Below are positions 60,389 to 61,711 of a DNA stretch of 61,711 nt, in pieces. The DNA lies in assembly GCA_030765235.1 (NCBI GenBank), contig JAVCCW010000018.1:91465-153175 (forward strand), given 5' to 3'. Source of the stretch: Candidatus Gorgyraea atricola. GTDB lineage: Bacteria; Omnitrophota; Gorgyraeia; Gorgyraeales; Gorgyraeaceae. The position numbers and the translations under genes are program-made. The notes below the pieces were generated by a model that ran no database searches, was not told where the DNA came from, and was given only the letters and a program-made list of their open reading frames with translations. Position 1 is the stretch's first letter. Each line of letters opens with the position of its first letter.

Positions 60389-61043
60389 CTTTTCCCTTGT
60401 CGCTTGTCACTTGTTGCTTGTCCCTGACCAAAAGCCTCTTTTTCGCCGCGCGTATCTCCAGGTACCCATTCTTCGAGCCCGGCACTGCGCCCTTGACCAA
60501 TAATATATTCTTTTCCTTATATACCTTAATGATCTCAAGATTCTGAACTGTCCTTCTCTTGTTGCCCATACGGCCAGGAAGATGTAAACCCTTCCATACC
60601 CTGGAAGGATAAGAGCTGCCTCCTATAGAACCTACTCTTCGATGATGCATTCCACCATGGCTCTTTGGACCGCCAGCCCAACCCCATCGCTTTACACCAC
60701 CTTGAAACCCCTTACCTATAGAAGTGCCTGCTATATCAACAAAATCCTTTTCCTTAAATATATCCACCGTGACTTTCTTACCAACGCTGACACCTTCGCC
60801 AGCATCAAAAGGCAGCTCCTTGACAAAGGCATTTGGTTCTGCATTTGCCTTTTTATATAGACCCTTTTCTGAACGAGAAGTATTCTTTGCCTTTTTCTTG
60901 CCAAACCCAAGCAAGACCTTATTTTCAAGCACATTTAAAACCGTGCAAGGACCTGCCTCTATCACAGTAACAGGTACAAATACCCCATCTTCTGTAAAAA
61001 CCTGCGTCATCCCTAATTTTTTACCTAATAAACCTAGTTTCAT
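60351..61043 (-). CDS. rplC: 50S ribosomal protein L3 with repeat-derived C-terminal extension
   Basis: MKLGLLGKKLGMTQVF... matches uL3. The tail RDKQQVTSDKGKDGTGKEKDKKKG runs through a GGGACAAG-type repeat. Confidence 0.92.
   Translation of the reverse strand: MKLGLLGKKLGMTQVFTEDGVFVPVTVIEAGPCTVLNVLENKVLLGFGKKKAKNTSRSEKGLYKKANAEPNAFVKELPFDAGEGVSVGKKVTVDIFKEKDFVDIAGTSIGKGFQGGVKRWGWAGGPKSHGGMHHRRVGSIGGSSYPSRVWKGLHLPGRMGNKRRTVQNLEIIKVYKEKNILLVKGAVPGSKNGYLEIRAAKKRLLVRDKQQVTSDKGKDGTGKEKDKKKG
60394..60425 (-). repeat. GGGACAAG-type repeat at the rplC/rplD junction
   Basis: The plus strand cccttgtcgcttgtcacttgttgcttgtccct lies just upstream of the rplD ATG (60388). It is read through by rplC as RDKQQVTSDKG. 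Confidence 0.8.
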
Positions 61044-61060
61044 TCTTGTCTTTCGCTATT

Positions 61061-61142
61061 CGGTTGCGTATATCGAAATGTTATACGTTGATCGGTTGCG
61101 TTTTATTACGGTTGACGATCAACGTTTCGATCTACGCAACCG
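61061..61142. mobile_element. MITE-like element with CGGTTGCGTA terminal inverted repeats, copy 2 (rpsJ-rplC spacer)
   Basis: cggttgcgta (61061-61070) and tacgcaaccg (61133-61142) are inverted repeats. There is an internal atcggttgcgt, and the 22-mer gttatacgttgatcggttgcgt is shared with copy 1. Confidence 0.6.
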
Positions 61143-61160
61143 TACAACGTGTACCGAGCA

Positions 61161-61481
61161 TTACTTGATCTCGACGAAAACGCCTGCCGGTAGATCTAGT
61201 TTTCTAAGAGCGTCTATTGTCTTCGCAGTAGGACTGATGATGTCTACAAGCCTCTTGTGTGTCTTCATTTGAAACTGTTCCCTGGATTTTTTATCTACAT
61301 GAGGACCTCTTAAAACAGTAAAGATCTCTCTCTTTGTAGGCAAAGGCACTGGTCCTGAGACCTTTGCGCCTGTACGCTTTGCAGTGTCAACTATCTCTGC
61401 AGCTGACTGATCCAGGAGCTTGTAATCATATCCCTGCAATCTTATGCGAATTTTTTGAGCCTGAACTTGTGGCTGTGTCAT
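61161..61481 (-). CDS. rpsJ: 30S ribosomal protein S10
   Basis: [30 protein letters not shown]...HKRLVDI matches uS10. Confidence 0.93.
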   Translation of the reverse strand: MTQPQVQAQKIRIRLQGYDYKLLDQSAAEIVDTAKRTGAKVSGPVPLPTKREIFTVLRGPHVDKKSREQFQMKTHKRLVDIISPTAKTIDALRKLDLPAGVFVEIK

Positions 61482-61495
61482 TTTCTCTTCCTCGC

Positions 61496-61573
61496 CAAGG
61501 CTGCTGCTTTGGCAAGGCTGGACCTCGGCTTTTTTAAAAGCCGAGGTCCAGCCTTGCCAAAGCAGCAGCCTTG
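61496..61573. repeat. 78-nt palindrome of the GCCGAGG family (tuf-rpsJ spacer)
   Basis: It has 38-nt perfect arms (61496-61533 and 61536-61573) with a 2-nt centre. The core ttggcaaggctggacctcggctttt is identical to that of the 18599 copy. Confidence 0.9.
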
Positions 61574-61575
61574 AA

Positions 61576-61711
61576 TCATGCTGTTATATCTGCTACAACC
61601 CCAGCACCTACTGTGTGGCCTCCTTCGCGGATAGCGAAGCGAAGCTCTTTTTCAAGTGCGATAGGGGTTATGAGTTCGATTTCCATTTCTACGTTATCGC
61701 CTGGCATTACC
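61576..61711 (-). CDS. tuf: elongation factor Tu, C-terminal end (5' part beyond window end)
   Basis: My own translation of the minus strand gives [44 protein letters not shown]-stop, the conserved EF-Tu domain III terminus. Confidence 0.9.
   Translation of the reverse strand, partial: VMPGDNVEMEIELITPIALEKELRFAIREGGHTVGAGVVADITA

Overview
This 61.7-kb bacterial chromosomal window is packed with housekeeping genes, and I could not assign a lineage from sequence alone. All 82 protein-coding genes I can support lie on the minus strand. Many are translationally coupled through ATGA or TAATG overlaps.

Gene content, reading from high to low coordinates (the direction of transcription):
- tuf (partial), then a complete S10-spc-alpha ribosomal protein cluster from rpsJ to rplQ. 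It includes secY, adk, map, infA and rpmJ, has no L30 gene, and carries a zinc-type S14.
- An aminotransferase, then split aconitase-superfamily dehydratase genes interrupted by pilT, then icd, mdh, lpd and nadD.
- A small zinc-ribbon ORF absent from the ORF track, rsfS, a GAF/HD-GYP phosphodiesterase, argS, a compact mfd, surA-like/pdxA/rsmA, gatCAB, ctp, tsaD, mgtC, a bactofilin-HTH fusion, an HTH-TM protein and larB.
- Two tandem GspE-type ATPases, two pseudopilins and a family 2 glycosyltransferase.
- An AT-richer cassette encoding a 609-aa orphan secreted protein, a PilZ protein and two CheY-like receivers.
- An Asp-box propeller protein, a TPR/poly-basic protein, then polA, coaE, rho, rpmE, prfA, prmC, murA, rpsP, trmD, rplS, rnhB, yraN and fhs (partial).

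I saw no rRNA, tRNA, CRISPR array, transposase or integrase.

The most unusual signal is several families of short dispersed repeats that invade coding sequence in frame:
1. A GGGACAAG-type family. It includes a 67-nt hairpin element that is 66/67 identical in polA and tsaD and encodes the same 22-aa peptide in both. Shorter arrays occur in prmC, the large dehydratase subunit, and the 3' ends of rplV and rplC.
2. A GCCGAGG-N5-CCTCGGC terminator-like palindrome family. Copies sit inside one CDS, form the C-terminus of GatA, and make up 72-78 bp perfect palindromes in two intergenic spacers.
3. A CGGTTGCGTA inverted-repeat, MITE-like family in two spacers.
4. TTCCGCG boxes, plus a 14-mer tandem and inverted-repeat block between rpsD and rpoA.

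The other leads are the orphan/PilZ/receiver cassette next to a partial T2SS/T4P-like locus, and the bactofilin-HTH pair.
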